NCBI GenBank assembly: GCA_947632185.1
Contig: CANROH010000001.1
Location: forward strand, 15,142-79,141
Source: an uncultured Clostridia bacterium
GTDB taxonomy: Bacteria; Bacillota; Clostridia; TANB77; CAG-508
DNA: 64,000 nucleotides
Direction of reading: 5' to 3'
Each line of letters begins with the position of its first letter. Positions within the stretch are counted from its first letter, which is position 1. A model generated the notes under the pieces. That model was not told where the DNA came from. It did not search any database and saw nothing but the letters and a program-made list of their open reading frames with translations. Below are positions 39,947 through 50,614 of the stretch, piece by piece. The translations under genes were made by a program, and so were the position numbers.

Positions 39947-41494
39947 CTAAACAGATACTGTTGTTTCAATTTCTTTTACCCATTCTGAATTTTCTTTTAA
40001 TAGTGGAAACACTTCATTTTCTAAATAATCAGTTACTTGATTACTAGATCTTCCAGTAAGTTTTTTAGCATTACAAATTGTTTTTATCTCATCCATAGTC
40101 ATTCCAAAAATTGGATCAGAAGCAATTCTTTCAAGTAAGTCATTATTTAATCCATCTCGCTTAATACGCTTTCCTGCCTCTATAGAATGAATTCTTATAT
40201 GTTCATGAAGTACTTGTCTATCTCCCCCTTTTTTTACAGCTTCCATAATAATATTTTCAGTAGCCATAAAAGGTAATTCTTCAGCTAACCTTTTTTCAAT
40301 AATTTTATTATTAATAACCATACCATCAATAACATTTCCAACTATTATAAGCATTCCTTCACAAGCAAGGAATAATTCAGGAAGACTTATCCTACGATTA
40401 GCAGAATCATCAAGTGTTCTTTCAAACCATTGATCTGATGCAGTATCAATTGGATCATGTATAAGCGTATTTACATGTCTTCCTAAAGCAACAATTCTTT
40501 CACTACGCATTGGATTTCTTTTATAAGCCATTGCAGAAGATCCTATTTGATCTTTTTCAAAAGGTTCTTCGATTTCCTTATCATGTTGAAGCATTCTTAT
40601 ATCTTTTGCCATTTTAATACTACTCACAGAAATTGCAGATAAACAAGCTGCTACATCTACATCTAGGTTTCTTGGATAAGTTTGACCTGAAATAGAATAT
40701 ACTTTTTTAAATCCAAATTTTGATGCAATAATTTCATCTAATCTTTTTACTTTTTCTTCATCATCTTCAAAAATATCCATAAAAGTTGCTGATGTGCCTG
40801 TTGCTCCACGACACCCCAGCATTTTAAGTGTAGAAATAACATAATCGAGTAATCCTAAATTATTTACAAAATTTTGAAGCCATAAAGCTTCTCGTTTTCC
40901 AACTGTAACTGGTGATGCTGCTTGATAATGAGTATATCCAAGTGTTGGAATATCTTTGTGTTTATTTGCAGAATCAGCCAAAAGCTTAATTACTCCTAAA
41001 AGTCGTTTTCTAATAATAAATAATGCATCACGCAAATTCAATATATCAGTATTATCTGTTACATAACATGATGTAGCTCCCCAATGAATAATTCCCTTTG
41101 CCTTAGGGCAAAGATCTCCATATGCCTTCACATTAGCCATAACATCATGACGAACTTGTTTTTCATATGTAGCAATAGTTTCATAGTTTATATCATAAAT
41201 ATGTTCCTTCATTTCAGAAATCATTTCATCTGTAATTTCTGTTTTTCCAAGTTGCTTTTCAGCTTCTGCTAAAGCTATCCAAAGTTTTCTCCATGTAGAA
41301 AATTTTTTGTTATCAGAAAAAATATACTTCATTTCATCACTTGCATATCTTCCAGATAATGGTGTTTGATAAATATTTCTTGTTTGATCTATATATTTTT
41401 TTATTTCATCTGTATATTTTTTATCTATTGGTGTTTTTTTATTAATTTCTGTTTTACTCATAATTTTAGTCCTCCTAATATTTTTATAGAACAC
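39947..41494 (-). CDS. purB: adenylosuccinate lyase PurB
   Basis: Long-form PurB with fumarate lyase signature (GSSAMAYKRNP). Confidence 0.9.
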   Translation of the reverse strand: MFYKNIRRTKIMSKTEINKKTPIDKKYTDEIKKYIDQTRNIYQTPLSGRYASDEMKYIFSDNKKFSTWRKLWIALAEAEKQLGKTEITDEMISEMKEHIYDINYETIATYEKQVRHDVMANVKAYGDLCPKAKGIIHWGATSCYVTDNTDILNLRDALFIIRKRLLGVIKLLADSANKHKDIPTLGYTHYQAASPVTVGKREALWLQNFVNNLGLLDYVISTLKMLGCRGATGTSATFMDIFEDDEEKVKRLDEIIASKFGFKKVYSISGQTYPRNLDVDVAACLSAISVSSIKMAKDIRMLQHDKEIEEPFEKDQIGSSAMAYKRNPMRSERIVALGRHVNTLIHDPIDTASDQWFERTLDDSANRRISLPELFLACEGMLIIVGNVIDGMVINNKIIEKRLAEELPFMATENIIMEAVKKGGDRQVLHEHIRIHSIEAGKRIKRDGLNNDLLERIASDPIFGMTMDEIKTICNAKKLTGRSSNQVTDYLENEVFPLLKENSEWVKEIETTVSV

Positions 41495-41595
41495 TTAGAA
41501 CATTAAAATTTTATCATAACTTTTATTAAACATTCAACAAAATAATAAAAAACTTATACAATAAATTTTATTTATTATATAAGTTTTTAACTTAA

Positions 41596-42531
41596 TTACT
41601 CTAATATTTTAAATTCAACATTTTTAGCTGAAAACTTTCCTGTAGTTTCATCTTTTACAAATTCAGTTAATGATTTATCTAAGCTTTCTGAATTTTGTTT
41701 TAAGTCTGTTGTAAAATAAATTTTTATTTTTTCCAATTCCAATTTATTTTTTACCATTTCTTTAAATGTCTCAACCATATGTTTTTCATCTTCACAAACT
41801 AATATTAATTGTGGTCTTGTTTCATATTCTGAATCAAATTGAACAAAATTCTCAAGAAAATCTTTGTATAATCTCATTCTCTCTACAAATTTTTCCTGCC
41901 AATCATCTTCTCTTCTAACACATTCAAAGATTAAACTTAAAGCTTTTCCTCCTTTTGATATTTTTACTTCCCCATGTCCCTTAAAAGTTTTTGCACTCAT
42001 TTTAGCAGTAAGAACTGTTTTTACTTTATATGAATCAAAATTCTTAGCCTTTCTCATGTATGCAATTATAACTTGATTTCCAGCTAATCTTTTTTTAATA
42101 AGAGCTACTGGTTTTGTATTATCTGTAGGTTGCCATTTACATTCAATTTCTTTAGCATTTAGTAAATATTTACCCATTTTTTCCATGCAATAAACTCTAT
42201 AAATTCCTTTTCCTTCTTCAGAAGTAAAATAATATCTTGTTAATATTTTTGTTTTTACAAGTTGTTCTAATTTTGTATTTAATTTATCCTGTGATTTTAT
42301 TTCTACTCCTCTGTGTGTTAAAATTTGAAAAATTTGTCTTGAAGTTAAAAATTCAAATTCATTTACTAAATCTAGTATTTTGAAATGCACATCCCCAATA
42401 TGACCAAGGTTAATTTTATGGATAATTTGATTTATAGATACATATCCATCCTTGCCATCAAATGTCTTTATTTCTCCTTCTCTAATAGCGAATGGAGAAA
42501 CGGTAGTTTTAATTTCTTGATCTTCTACCAT
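41596..42531 (-). CDS. hypothetical protein with N-terminal winged-HTH-like segment; weak resemblance to replication-relaxation family
   Basis: 311 aa. Sits 14 nt downstream of the S1-domain gene, so it is operonic with housekeeping genes. AT-rich hairpin terminator downstream. Confidence 0.5.
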   Translation of the reverse strand: MVEDQEIKTTVSPFAIREGEIKTFDGKDGYVSINQIIHKINLGHIGDVHFKILDLVNEFEFLTSRQIFQILTHRGVEIKSQDKLNTKLEQLVKTKILTRYYFTSEEGKGIYRVYCMEKMGKYLLNAKEIECKWQPTDNTKPVALIKKRLAGNQVIIAYMRKAKNFDSYKVKTVLTAKMSAKTFKGHGEVKISKGGKALSLIFECVRREDDWQEKFVERMRLYKDFLENFVQFDSEYETRPQLILVCEDEKHMVETFKEMVKNKLELEKIKIYFTTDLKQNSESLDKSLTEFVKDETTGKFSAKNVEFKILE

Positions 42532-42545
42532 TTTTAAAAACCTCC

Positions 42546-43349
42546 CTAAACAATTAAAAGTTTAATTTTTTTTCTTTCTTTAATAATCTTTTTTATATAA
42601 ACATTTACTTTTTGTCCATATTGTAAATTTTCTTTATACTCAGCAAGGCCAACTAAATTCGGTTTAAGTTCAATAAAAATTCCATTCTTAAACTTATCTG
42701 CTTCTTTTACAATTCCTTCTACCACTGTTTTTTCTTTATACTCAGTTATATTTTCATCCCAGTCTCCAAGCAATTCCTTATATGATAGTATAACCTTACC
42801 ACTATCTTTGTCAATAGATTTTATCATAACATTTATTTTTTGTCCAATATAAAATCTTTCTTCTGGAGATTTTATTCTCGATATAGAAATATCTTCTATA
42901 TGTAAAAGTCCAACTATTCCTCCACCGATTTCAACAAATACTCCAAACTTTCTCATATTCTTTACAATGCCATTTACTACTACTCCTGGTTTTAATTCTT
43001 TTTTTACCCACTCAAGAGCATCTTTTTGTACATTTTTTCTCGAAAGAATAACTTGTTTATCATTATATATTTCTTTAATTTTAAATTGAACAAAATTATT
43101 TACTTTATTTTTACAAATACCTGTATTGCAAAACCCATATTGGTCTACATTAATTTCTTCTAATTCATTTCTTGGTATTATTCCATTTATATTATTTCCT
43201 AGATTAATATGTAAATTAAAGTTTAAATCACATTTGTTTACATATCCTTGAAGAATTTGTCCATCATTTAAAGCTTTCTTCAGTGATTCTGTATTCAATT
43301 CATCCTTTGTGTTTTCCCAACCTTCTGGAATAAATTTTTGATATTCCAT
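42546..43349 (-). CDS. S1 RNA-binding domain protein (three S1-like repeats)
   Basis: Repeated GxV...G S1 motifs; 267 aa. Confidence 0.75.
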   Translation of the reverse strand: MEYQKFIPEGWENTKDELNTESLKKALNDGQILQGYVNKCDLNFNLHINLGNNINGIIPRNELEEINVDQYGFCNTGICKNKVNNFVQFKIKEIYNDKQVILSRKNVQKDALEWVKKELKPGVVVNGIVKNMRKFGVFVEIGGGIVGLLHIEDISISRIKSPEERFYIGQKINVMIKSIDKDSGKVILSYKELLGDWDENITEYKEKTVVEGIVKEADKFKNGIFIELKPNLVGLAEYKENLQYGQKVNVYIKKIIKERKKIKLLIV

Positions 43350-43404
43350 ATTTTTACCTCTTTCGTATCGACTTTCCTTTGTAATTTTAACAAAAGTATA
43401 TTTT

Positions 43405-44124
43405 TTAAATTAATATTTTATTTATTTCTTCCTGAGTTAAATATCTCCAAGTTCCTATCTTTAAGTTTTTGACATCAATATCCCCTATCTTAGACCTATG
43501 AAGTGCTATTACTTTTTTACCTATAGCTTCACACATTTTTCTAACTTGCCTATTTTTTCCTTCATGAATTGTAATTTCAATTCTAGAAATATCTTTTTCT
43601 GAATCAATCTTTAATATTTTTACAACTGCAGGTTTCGTTATATATCCATCATCAATTTTAACTCCTTTTTTTAGTTCTTCTATCTGTTTTTCAACAACAG
43701 CACCTTTAACAGTTACTATATATGTCTTATTTATCTCATGCTTTGGATGAGTAACTTTATAAATAAAATCCCCATCATCTGTTAAAATTAATGCACCAGA
43801 TGTATACATATCTAACCTTCCAACTGGCATAATTCTTCTATCTGTTTTTACTAAGTCCAAAACTGTTTGCCTACTAAATTGATCTGCAACAGTAGTAACA
43901 ATTCCAATTGGTTTATTTAATAATATATATATATATTCTTTTTTTTCATTCTTTATTTCTTTTCCATTATATTTAATTTGATCAGTTTCTGGATTTATTT
44001 TTGTACCAATCTCTGCAATTTTCCCATTTACTGTTATTTTACCATCTAAAATTAATTCTTCACATTTCCTTCGTGAAGCAATTCCATTATTTGCTAAGAA
44101 CTTTTGAAGTCTTATTTCATTCAT
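43405..44124 (-). CDS. rluB: rRNA pseudouridine synthase, RsuA/RluB family (S4 domain)
   Basis: S4 N-terminus (IRLQKFLANNGIASRR) and the catalytic GRLD motif. Confidence 0.85.
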   Translation of the reverse strand: MNEIRLQKFLANNGIASRRKCEELILDGKITVNGKIAEIGTKINPETDQIKYNGKEIKNEKKEYIYILLNKPIGIVTTVADQFSRQTVLDLVKTDRRIMPVGRLDMYTSGALILTDDGDFIYKVTHPKHEINKTYIVTVKGAVVEKQIEELKKGVKIDDGYITKPAVVKILKIDSEKDISRIEITIHEGKNRQVRKMCEAIGKKVIALHRSKIGDIDVKNLKIGTWRYLTQEEINKILI

Positions 44125-44171
44125 ATTTGATAACTTATACTAGCTATTTTAAGCTAATATAGTCCTCCTTT

Positions 44172-45089
44172 CTAATTCATAGCTCTAAGTTTTTTTAAAA
44201 CGTCTTCAAAGTATTTTGGTAATTCAGCCTCCAAATTTATTTTTTCACCTGTTCTAGGATGAACAAATTCTAGTTTTTTACTATGAAGCATTTGACCTTC
44301 AACTCCAAATGGATTTTTTCCATTTGAATAAACATAGTCACCAACTATAGGATAGCCTATATATGATAGATGAACTCTTATCTGGTGAGTTCTTCCTGTT
44401 TCAATATTTACCTCTAGCAATGTATATCCACTAAATCTTTCTAAAACTTTTATATGAGTAATTGCTTCTTTTCCATTTTTTGAAACAGCCATTTTCGTTC
44501 TATCCTTAGTGCTTCTTCCTATTGGCATATTTATTGTGGCTTCATTTTCTTTAACTTCCCCTCTTACTAAAGCAATATATGTTTTTCTTACTTCATGATT
44601 TTTAATTTGTTCACTTAATTTTATATGTGCATTATCATTTTTAGCAACTATTAAAAGCCCTGATGTATCCTTATCTATTCTATGAACAATTCCGGGTCTA
44701 ATTTCTCCACCAATCCCAGATAAACTATCTTTGCATCTTGCCATAATAGCATTTACTAAAGTTCCATCTGGATTTCCATTTCCAGGATGAACAACTAAAC
44801 CTTTTTGTTTATTTACAACTAATATATCTTCATCTTCATAAATTACATCTAAAGGAATATTTTCTGGTTTTATTTCTATTTCTTTAGGTTCTTCTTTTAT
44901 AATAGTTACTATGTCATTTAAATTTAATTTATATGATGGTTTAGTTTTATTGCCATTCACTAAAATATTTCCTTCATCTATCAATCTTTGAGTTGCGACT
45001 CTAGATAATGAAGGATCTTTCATACTAACCGCTTTATCTAACCTTACATCAACTAGTTCTTGACTTATTTTATATTCTTTTTCTTCCAT
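44172..45089 (-). CDS. rluD: 23S rRNA pseudouridine synthase RluD (RluA family with S4)
   Basis: S4 domain plus the HRIDKDTSG motif. Confidence 0.85.
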   Translation of the reverse strand: MEEKEYKISQELVDVRLDKAVSMKDPSLSRVATQRLIDEGNILVNGNKTKPSYKLNLNDIVTIIKEEPKEIEIKPENIPLDVIYEDEDILVVNKQKGLVVHPGNGNPDGTLVNAIMARCKDSLSGIGGEIRPGIVHRIDKDTSGLLIVAKNDNAHIKLSEQIKNHEVRKTYIALVRGEVKENEATINMPIGRSTKDRTKMAVSKNGKEAITHIKVLERFSGYTLLEVNIETGRTHQIRVHLSYIGYPIVGDYVYSNGKNPFGVEGQMLHSKKLEFVHPRTGEKINLEAELPKYFEDVLKKLRAMN

Positions 45090-45100
45090 TACTTCACCTA

Positions 45101-45853
45101 TTAATCAAATTTTCCTTTTGTTATATCTTTCGTAAAAGTAATTTTTATTAAATATATTGGTAAAACAATCATTCTAAATATTCTAGATGGTTCTAATATT
45201 AATCTCCACAACCATTCTATCCCTAAGTTTTGTATAATTTTTGGAGCCCTTTTTATTTTTCCAGCTTCATAATCAAATGTTCCGCCTTGCCCTGCTGCAA
45301 CATCAACTTTTAATTCATTTTTATGTTTAGCAATCCATTTTTCTTGAAGTGGCGCTCCCATTGCAACAAATAAAACGTTTGGCTTTAATGCATTTATTTG
45401 TTTTATTACTTCTTCCTCAGAATCTTCCTCAAAAAATCCTTCATGATAACCAATAATATTTAAATTTGGATATATTTTTTTTATATTTTCGCAAGCAAGT
45501 TTAGGAACATCTCCTTTACCACCTAATAAATAAAATGTCCAATGTTCTTTTTCACCAATTTCTAAAACTTTTCTAAAATAAGCTTGTCCTGGAATTCTCT
45601 GCTTAAATGGAGTTTTTTGCTTTTTCCCTCCAATCATTACACCAACACTATCCGGAGTAGCAAGTTTTGCACTTCTTAAAATGTCAAAAAACTCTTTATC
45701 TTTCTGAGCCATCATTATGAATTCTGTATTTGGAGCAACTATTATTTCACAAGTCTTATTACTATTTTCAATTAATTCTTTTGTTATGTATCCTGCTTCG
45801 TCAATATTAATATTATCAATATCAACACCTAAAATTCTAATTGTATTACGCAA
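45101..45853 (-). CDS. tagA: WecB/TagA/CpsF-family glycosyltransferase
   Basis: 250 aa with typical TagA family N-terminal and C-terminal motifs. Confidence 0.8.
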   Translation of the reverse strand: MRNTIRILGVDIDNINIDEAGYITKELIENSNKTCEIIVAPNTEFIMMAQKDKEFFDILRSAKLATPDSVGVMIGGKKQKTPFKQRIPGQAYFRKVLEIGEKEHWTFYLLGGKGDVPKLACENIKKIYPNLNIIGYHEGFFEEDSEEEVIKQINALKPNVLFVAMGAPLQEKWIAKHKNELKVDVAAGQGGTFDYEAGKIKRAPKIIQNLGIEWLWRLILEPSRIFRMIVLPIYLIKITFTKDITKGKFD

Positions 45854-45863
45854 AATTACACCT

Positions 45864-46319
45864 CTATTTTCTTGAAAAATCTATTAAAAATATTATTAAT
45901 AATATCCAACCACACACAATAAATACATCAGCTAAATTAAATATAGCAAATTTATAAATTTTTATAAAATCTAAAACACTTCCTCTTATTATTCTATCAA
46001 TTAAATTACTGATTCCACCGCCAACGACCATTCCAATTGCTACAGCTGTTTTTTTATTAATTCTTTCTAATTGATTTATTACAAATTTCAATATTATAAA
46101 TAATATTAAAATAGTAATAAAAATATTTTTTATATTTCCACTATTAAATCCAAATGCCATACCAGTATTATTGCTAATTTCAATTTTGAAGTAATCATTT
46201 CCAATAGGAGAACTTACAAGATTAGTAATTAAAATTTTACTTATTTGATCTATTATAATTAATATAATTGCAATTATAACTATTAATTTTATAATCTTAT
46301 GTTTCATTTTCTCCCCCAA
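45864..46319 (-). CDS. lspA: lipoprotein signal peptidase II
   Basis: 4 TM helices with the NTGMAFGF and FNLAD motifs. Confidence 0.85.
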   Translation of the reverse strand: MGEKMKHKIIKLIVIIAIILIIIDQISKILITNLVSSPIGNDYFKIEISNNTGMAFGFNSGNIKNIFITILILFIILKFVINQLERINKKTAVAIGMVVGGGISNLIDRIIRGSVLDFIKIYKFAIFNLADVFIVCGWILLIIFLIDFSRK

Positions 46320-46336
46320 TAATATAAATTAATTTA

Positions 46337-48106
46337 TTATTTAACAAGTCTTTCGAAAACTTTAAAATAATCATCTGAATAAATCATATTATAGTCAGAA
46401 TCATCTTCTAGAATCATAGCTAATTTAGCATTTTCATATAAAATAACATGTGTTACTCCATATTCTTCAAACTTATCTTTGTAATTTAAAGCAAGTCCAG
46501 CTATGTCTAAAGCATCTGAGAAAATATCTCTTCCATCATATTTTTTTGTTTCTTCATTATATGTTCCATTAAATTCAGTTGAATATAAATCACATCTTGA
46601 ATCTATAAATACTGGTATTCCTCTAAATAATAAATAACTACCATAATTATATTCATTATACAATCTTATATTTTCTACATCTAAATTACTTAAAATCCAA
46701 TCTGCTGCATCTACTGGATATGAAGATTTATCTATATAATCAGATTTTAATGTTGGTTTTATTATTTTAGTACATCCTATAATACATAAACAAATAATAA
46801 CTGTTGCACCAAACCATCCAGTTGCCATGCGTTCAAGCTTTTTAAAAGTATCTTTATCATATTTAGCAACCATTTGTGCAATTAAAGTAGCTAATATTGG
46901 TCCACAAAATATTGCAAACATTGATACTTGTCTTCTTGATTTAAAAGACAAAAATGTTATTCCTGCTAACATAAATAAATCTGATAATTTTATTTTAGTA
47001 TCTGTAAAAATCAACACTATTAAAAATATGACTATTGAAATTGCAAATTCAGTATTTTCAACTAAAGTTAATGGCAAATGCTCATTTATAGAATATGTTG
47101 TGTTTCCTTTCATTATTTTATATAAGTATGTATAAGCCCCATTTCCAGCAGGATTTAAAAATCCTGTTAAGGCAGCTATTGCCAATATTGAAATAAGAAG
47201 TAAGACAACATGATTTTTAGTTGTAATTATTTTATATGGTTTTTCTCTTAAAATTTGTATTTTTCTCTTTCTTTCAGAAATTGAAAATTGAACTTTTTCT
47301 ATTTTTTGATTATAACGCTCTTTTACATTTTCTTTACGTGCCATTTTTTTTCTTATTTTAAGTATTTGCTTATATAATCTTAGATCTAAGATCCAATCTT
47401 CTAAAACAACTAAAAGATATTCCGCAATATATGGTAAAAATAATACAAAATAAAATGGAAAAACTGCACAATGCAAATTTGCTATTAATAATGGAATAAT
47501 TATTAATAAAATAGCATATCGTTTTTGCTTTGTCTCTAAAAATTTTTCTATTGAAAAAACAGTCCAAGTAAATAATATAAATGTTACAAGTTGAGCTCTA
47601 GCTGCTATAAATGATTTGACTACATACATTGATCCTATCGTTACTATAAATGAAACAACTCTATTTTTTGATTTTTTACATGCTAAAATATATACTGATA
47701 TTCCTAAAATTGCACTAAGTATCATTGTTGAAGCATATATTCCAGCTTGTCCGAATGAATTATATATCATAAAAATTCCTAAATCATAAAGCCAATGTGG
47801 ATATGTATAAGGTAATTCATGCCAAGAAAATAAATCAGTAGTTAAATCTGAAACTCCATTATTATAAATATATTCTCCAATAGCTATAGTATAATAAGTA
47901 TCATTTTGTAAAGTTTTTGGTGCAATTGCTACACTAAAAATGGTTATACATATAATAGCAATTGCTGTAAATATAATACTTTGCCTTTTGCTTTCTTTTA
48001 TTTCATTTTTGTTATCTTCTATTTTTTTAGTATCTATCATTTGATCTTTTCTAGATTCTTCGATATTTTTTTCATTATTTGATTCCATACTAACTCCTAT
48101 ATCCAT
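46337..48106 (-). CDS. large polytopic membrane protein with C-terminal extracytoplasmic domain (GT-C glycosyltransferase-like?)
   Basis: 589 aa, about 12 TM helices. Sits in an operon with lspA and tagA. Confidence 0.5.
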   Translation of the reverse strand: MDIGVSMESNNEKNIEESRKDQMIDTKKIEDNKNEIKESKRQSIIFTAIAIICITIFSVAIAPKTLQNDTYYTIAIGEYIYNNGVSDLTTDLFSWHELPYTYPHWLYDLGIFMIYNSFGQAGIYASTMILSAILGISVYILACKKSKNRVVSFIVTIGSMYVVKSFIAARAQLVTFILFTWTVFSIEKFLETKQKRYAILLIIIPLLIANLHCAVFPFYFVLFLPYIAEYLLVVLEDWILDLRLYKQILKIRKKMARKENVKERYNQKIEKVQFSISERKRKIQILREKPYKIITTKNHVVLLLISILAIAALTGFLNPAGNGAYTYLYKIMKGNTTYSINEHLPLTLVENTEFAISIVIFLIVLIFTDTKIKLSDLFMLAGITFLSFKSRRQVSMFAIFCGPILATLIAQMVAKYDKDTFKKLERMATGWFGATVIICLCIIGCTKIIKPTLKSDYIDKSSYPVDAADWILSNLDVENIRLYNEYNYGSYLLFRGIPVFIDSRCDLYSTEFNGTYNEETKKYDGRDIFSDALDIAGLALNYKDKFEEYGVTHVILYENAKLAMILEDDSDYNMIYSDDYFKVFERLVK

Positions 48107-48277
48107 TTTTATTTATAAAATTATATCAAATAACAAAAAAAAAATATATACTTTAAATAAAAAAATATAAACAAAAATAAAAACACCCACATACCAAGTT
48201 AATATTAGTACGTAGGCATTTATATAATTTGCTAAAATCTATATAAAAAGTAACTTTTTACTTCTATATACTAAAAA

Positions 48278-48946
48278 CTAAACAACTACTTCAGTTTCAT
48301 TTTCGGTTTCTTCACTATTTACTATTTCCATACTTGCAATTGAAACTTCATATGCAACTCTTGTTTGACTAGTTCCATCTTCAAACTTTTTCTCATAAGT
48401 TCTTGATTGAACTCTTCCTGTAATTTTTACTTCTGTTCCGACTTCCATATTTTGGCAAAATCTTGCATTTCTTCCCCAAGCTATACTTGGTATGTAATCA
48501 GATTTATTATAAGCTCTATTTACTGCTAATAAAATATCTGCAATTTCTCTTCCAAATGGTGTTTGTCTATATATAGGTTTTTTACAAACATAACCTATTA
48601 AAGTAACTTCATTTGTAATGTCATCTTTTTCATCTGGAGAGTCTTCAATTTCATTAATTTCTTTTGCAAATACTGTTAAAATTAATCTGTTTTTTTCATT
48701 TTCATAATTATTGTAAGATCTAAATTGTCCTTCAACTGTAACCTTTTTTCCTACTTTTAAATCTAAACCTGTTAATAATCTTTCTGATACTGTAATTGGT
48801 ATTATATCTACAGTAGAGCTTAATCTAACAACTTCTAGATTAAAAACATAAAACTTTTCGCCATATATTTCATGACTGTAACTTTTTTCACTTACTATTT
48901 TTCCAACTAATATTAAGTGATTATTTTCTGAATAATTTGTATTCAA
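48278..48946 (-). CDS. SSB-like protein with two tandem OB folds
   Basis: Two repeats of the SSB-type OB pattern (VTVEGQFRS.. and VKITGRVQSRTYE) in a 222-aa chain with an acidic tail. Confidence 0.5.
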   Translation of the reverse strand: MNTNYSENNHLILVGKIVSEKSYSHEIYGEKFYVFNLEVVRLSSTVDIIPITVSERLLTGLDLKVGKKVTVEGQFRSYNNYENEKNRLILTVFAKEINEIEDSPDEKDDITNEVTLIGYVCKKPIYRQTPFGREIADILLAVNRAYNKSDYIPSIAWGRNARFCQNMEVGTEVKITGRVQSRTYEKKFEDGTSQTRVAYEVSIASMEIVNSEETENETEVVV

Positions 48947-49226
48947 TTTTAATTCCTCCTTAAAATTTATCTAATGTATTCTTCATATAATGTTTATCTC
49001 TTTTTCCTTAAAACAACTATATTATAACATATTTAAAAGTTATTGTCTACATAAAATTGGATTTTTTTCCATTTTTTATCAATTTTTTTAAAAATTTTTT
49101 TAATTATTTGTTATTTTTTCAACAATAATTGAGTAAACTAATTATTTGTAAACTTTCGTACTTTTATGTTAATTTCAATAATATGTTTTATGTCAAGCAT
49201 ATTTTAATAATTTTTATCATTACAAA

Positions 49227-50600
49227 TTATCTATTTTTTACATACTCTTTAAAAAGTCTTCCTCTTTCTTCGAAATTTTTAAAATATCCGTAGCTAGAAG
49301 CTGCAGGTGATAATAGGCAAACCATATTTTTTTTAGTTACTTTTTTTGCAATTTCAACCGCATTTTCAAGTTTTTCAACATATTCAACATTTTTATTTGA
49401 TAATTTTAATGCATCATATATATATTCTCCAGTTTTTGGTAAACAAATTATATTTTCTATATCAGAATTCTTTAAGAATTCAATTAACTTAGATAAATTA
49501 ACCCCTCTATCTTTTCCACCAACAATTAATGTATTTACATTTTTTATTGCACTTATCGCATTGATTGTTGCTTCTGGGATTGTAGCTATTGAATCATTGT
49601 AAAAATATATTCCATTTATATTTCCAACAAATTCCATTCTATGTTCTAAAGGTTTAAAATTTTTAATTGATAGTATAGCTTTATCAAAATCAATATTTAA
49701 AATATCACATACCGCAAAAATGAACATTATATTATTAATATTATGCAATCCCTTTAAATTCATCTCTTCATCTATACTCATTATTTCTTTGTTATTACAA
49801 TATATGAAATTATTTTTTAAATATATTTTATTTTTGACATTTGGTATAGAAGAAATAGAAACTGCATAATCGTTTTCTTTATAGGTATAGTTAAATTTTT
49901 TCATATTAATATTATCGTAATTATAAATAAAAAAATTATTTTCCTTCTGAAATTTAGCAACATTAAATTTGGCTTCTATATATTTTTCAAAAGATTTATA
50001 ATAATCTAAATGTTCTTCAAATACATCTAATATAATTCCAATATTTGGCGATTTTTTTACATATTCTAAAGCATGTGATGAAAGTTCTAGTACAACTATG
50101 CTTTTTTCATTAATATTATCTATATCATTAAAAATTGGTTCTCCAATATTACCTAAAAGGAAAGTGTCTTTTCCTTGTTCTTCTAAAACCTTATATATTA
50201 ATGAACTTGTTGTGCTTTTCCCTTTTGTGCCAGTAACTCCTATTGTAAATACATCTATAAATTCTAAGAATAATTCTAATTGGCTAGATATTTTATCTTT
50301 TATTTTAGAAATATCTATATCTTTCAAAGAAATACCTGGAGCTTTTAATATTAAATCATATTCTTCAATGCCATTTAAATAACTATCTCCAAGAGATACT
50401 TCTAAATTTATATCATCAGTTAATTCAGGTTTATTTTGTAACAAATTTATATTCATATCTGCTATAAATAATTTTTTATTTGGAAAATGCTTTCTTAAAA
50501 ATTTATATGTAGATTCACCCTCTACTCCAAATCCAAGTATAACTATTTCTTTATTTTCTAAATATTTTAATAATTTTCTTAACATAACTTTCCTTTTCAA
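49227..50600 (-). CDS. Mur ligase family protein, MurD-like paralog outside a dcw cluster
   Basis: N-terminal Rossmann-like region ILGFGVEGES, ATP-site GVTGTKGKSTT, and the Mur ligase middle and C-terminal domains. Confidence 0.75.
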   Translation of the reverse strand: MKRKVMLRKLLKYLENKEIVILGFGVEGESTYKFLRKHFPNKKLFIADMNINLLQNKPELTDDINLEVSLGDSYLNGIEEYDLILKAPGISLKDIDISKIKDKISSQLELFLEFIDVFTIGVTGTKGKSTTSSLIYKVLEEQGKDTFLLGNIGEPIFNDIDNINEKSIVVLELSSHALEYVKKSPNIGIILDVFEEHLDYYKSFEKYIEAKFNVAKFQKENNFFIYNYDNINMKKFNYTYKENDYAVSISSIPNVKNKIYLKNNFIYCNNKEIMSIDEEMNLKGLHNINNIMFIFAVCDILNIDFDKAILSIKNFKPLEHRMEFVGNINGIYFYNDSIATIPEATINAISAIKNVNTLIVGGKDRGVNLSKLIEFLKNSDIENIICLPKTGEYIYDALKLSNKNVEYVEKLENAVEIAKKVTKKNMVCLLSPAASSYGYFKNFEERGRLFKEYVKNR

Positions 50601-50614
50601 AATAATTTTTAAAT

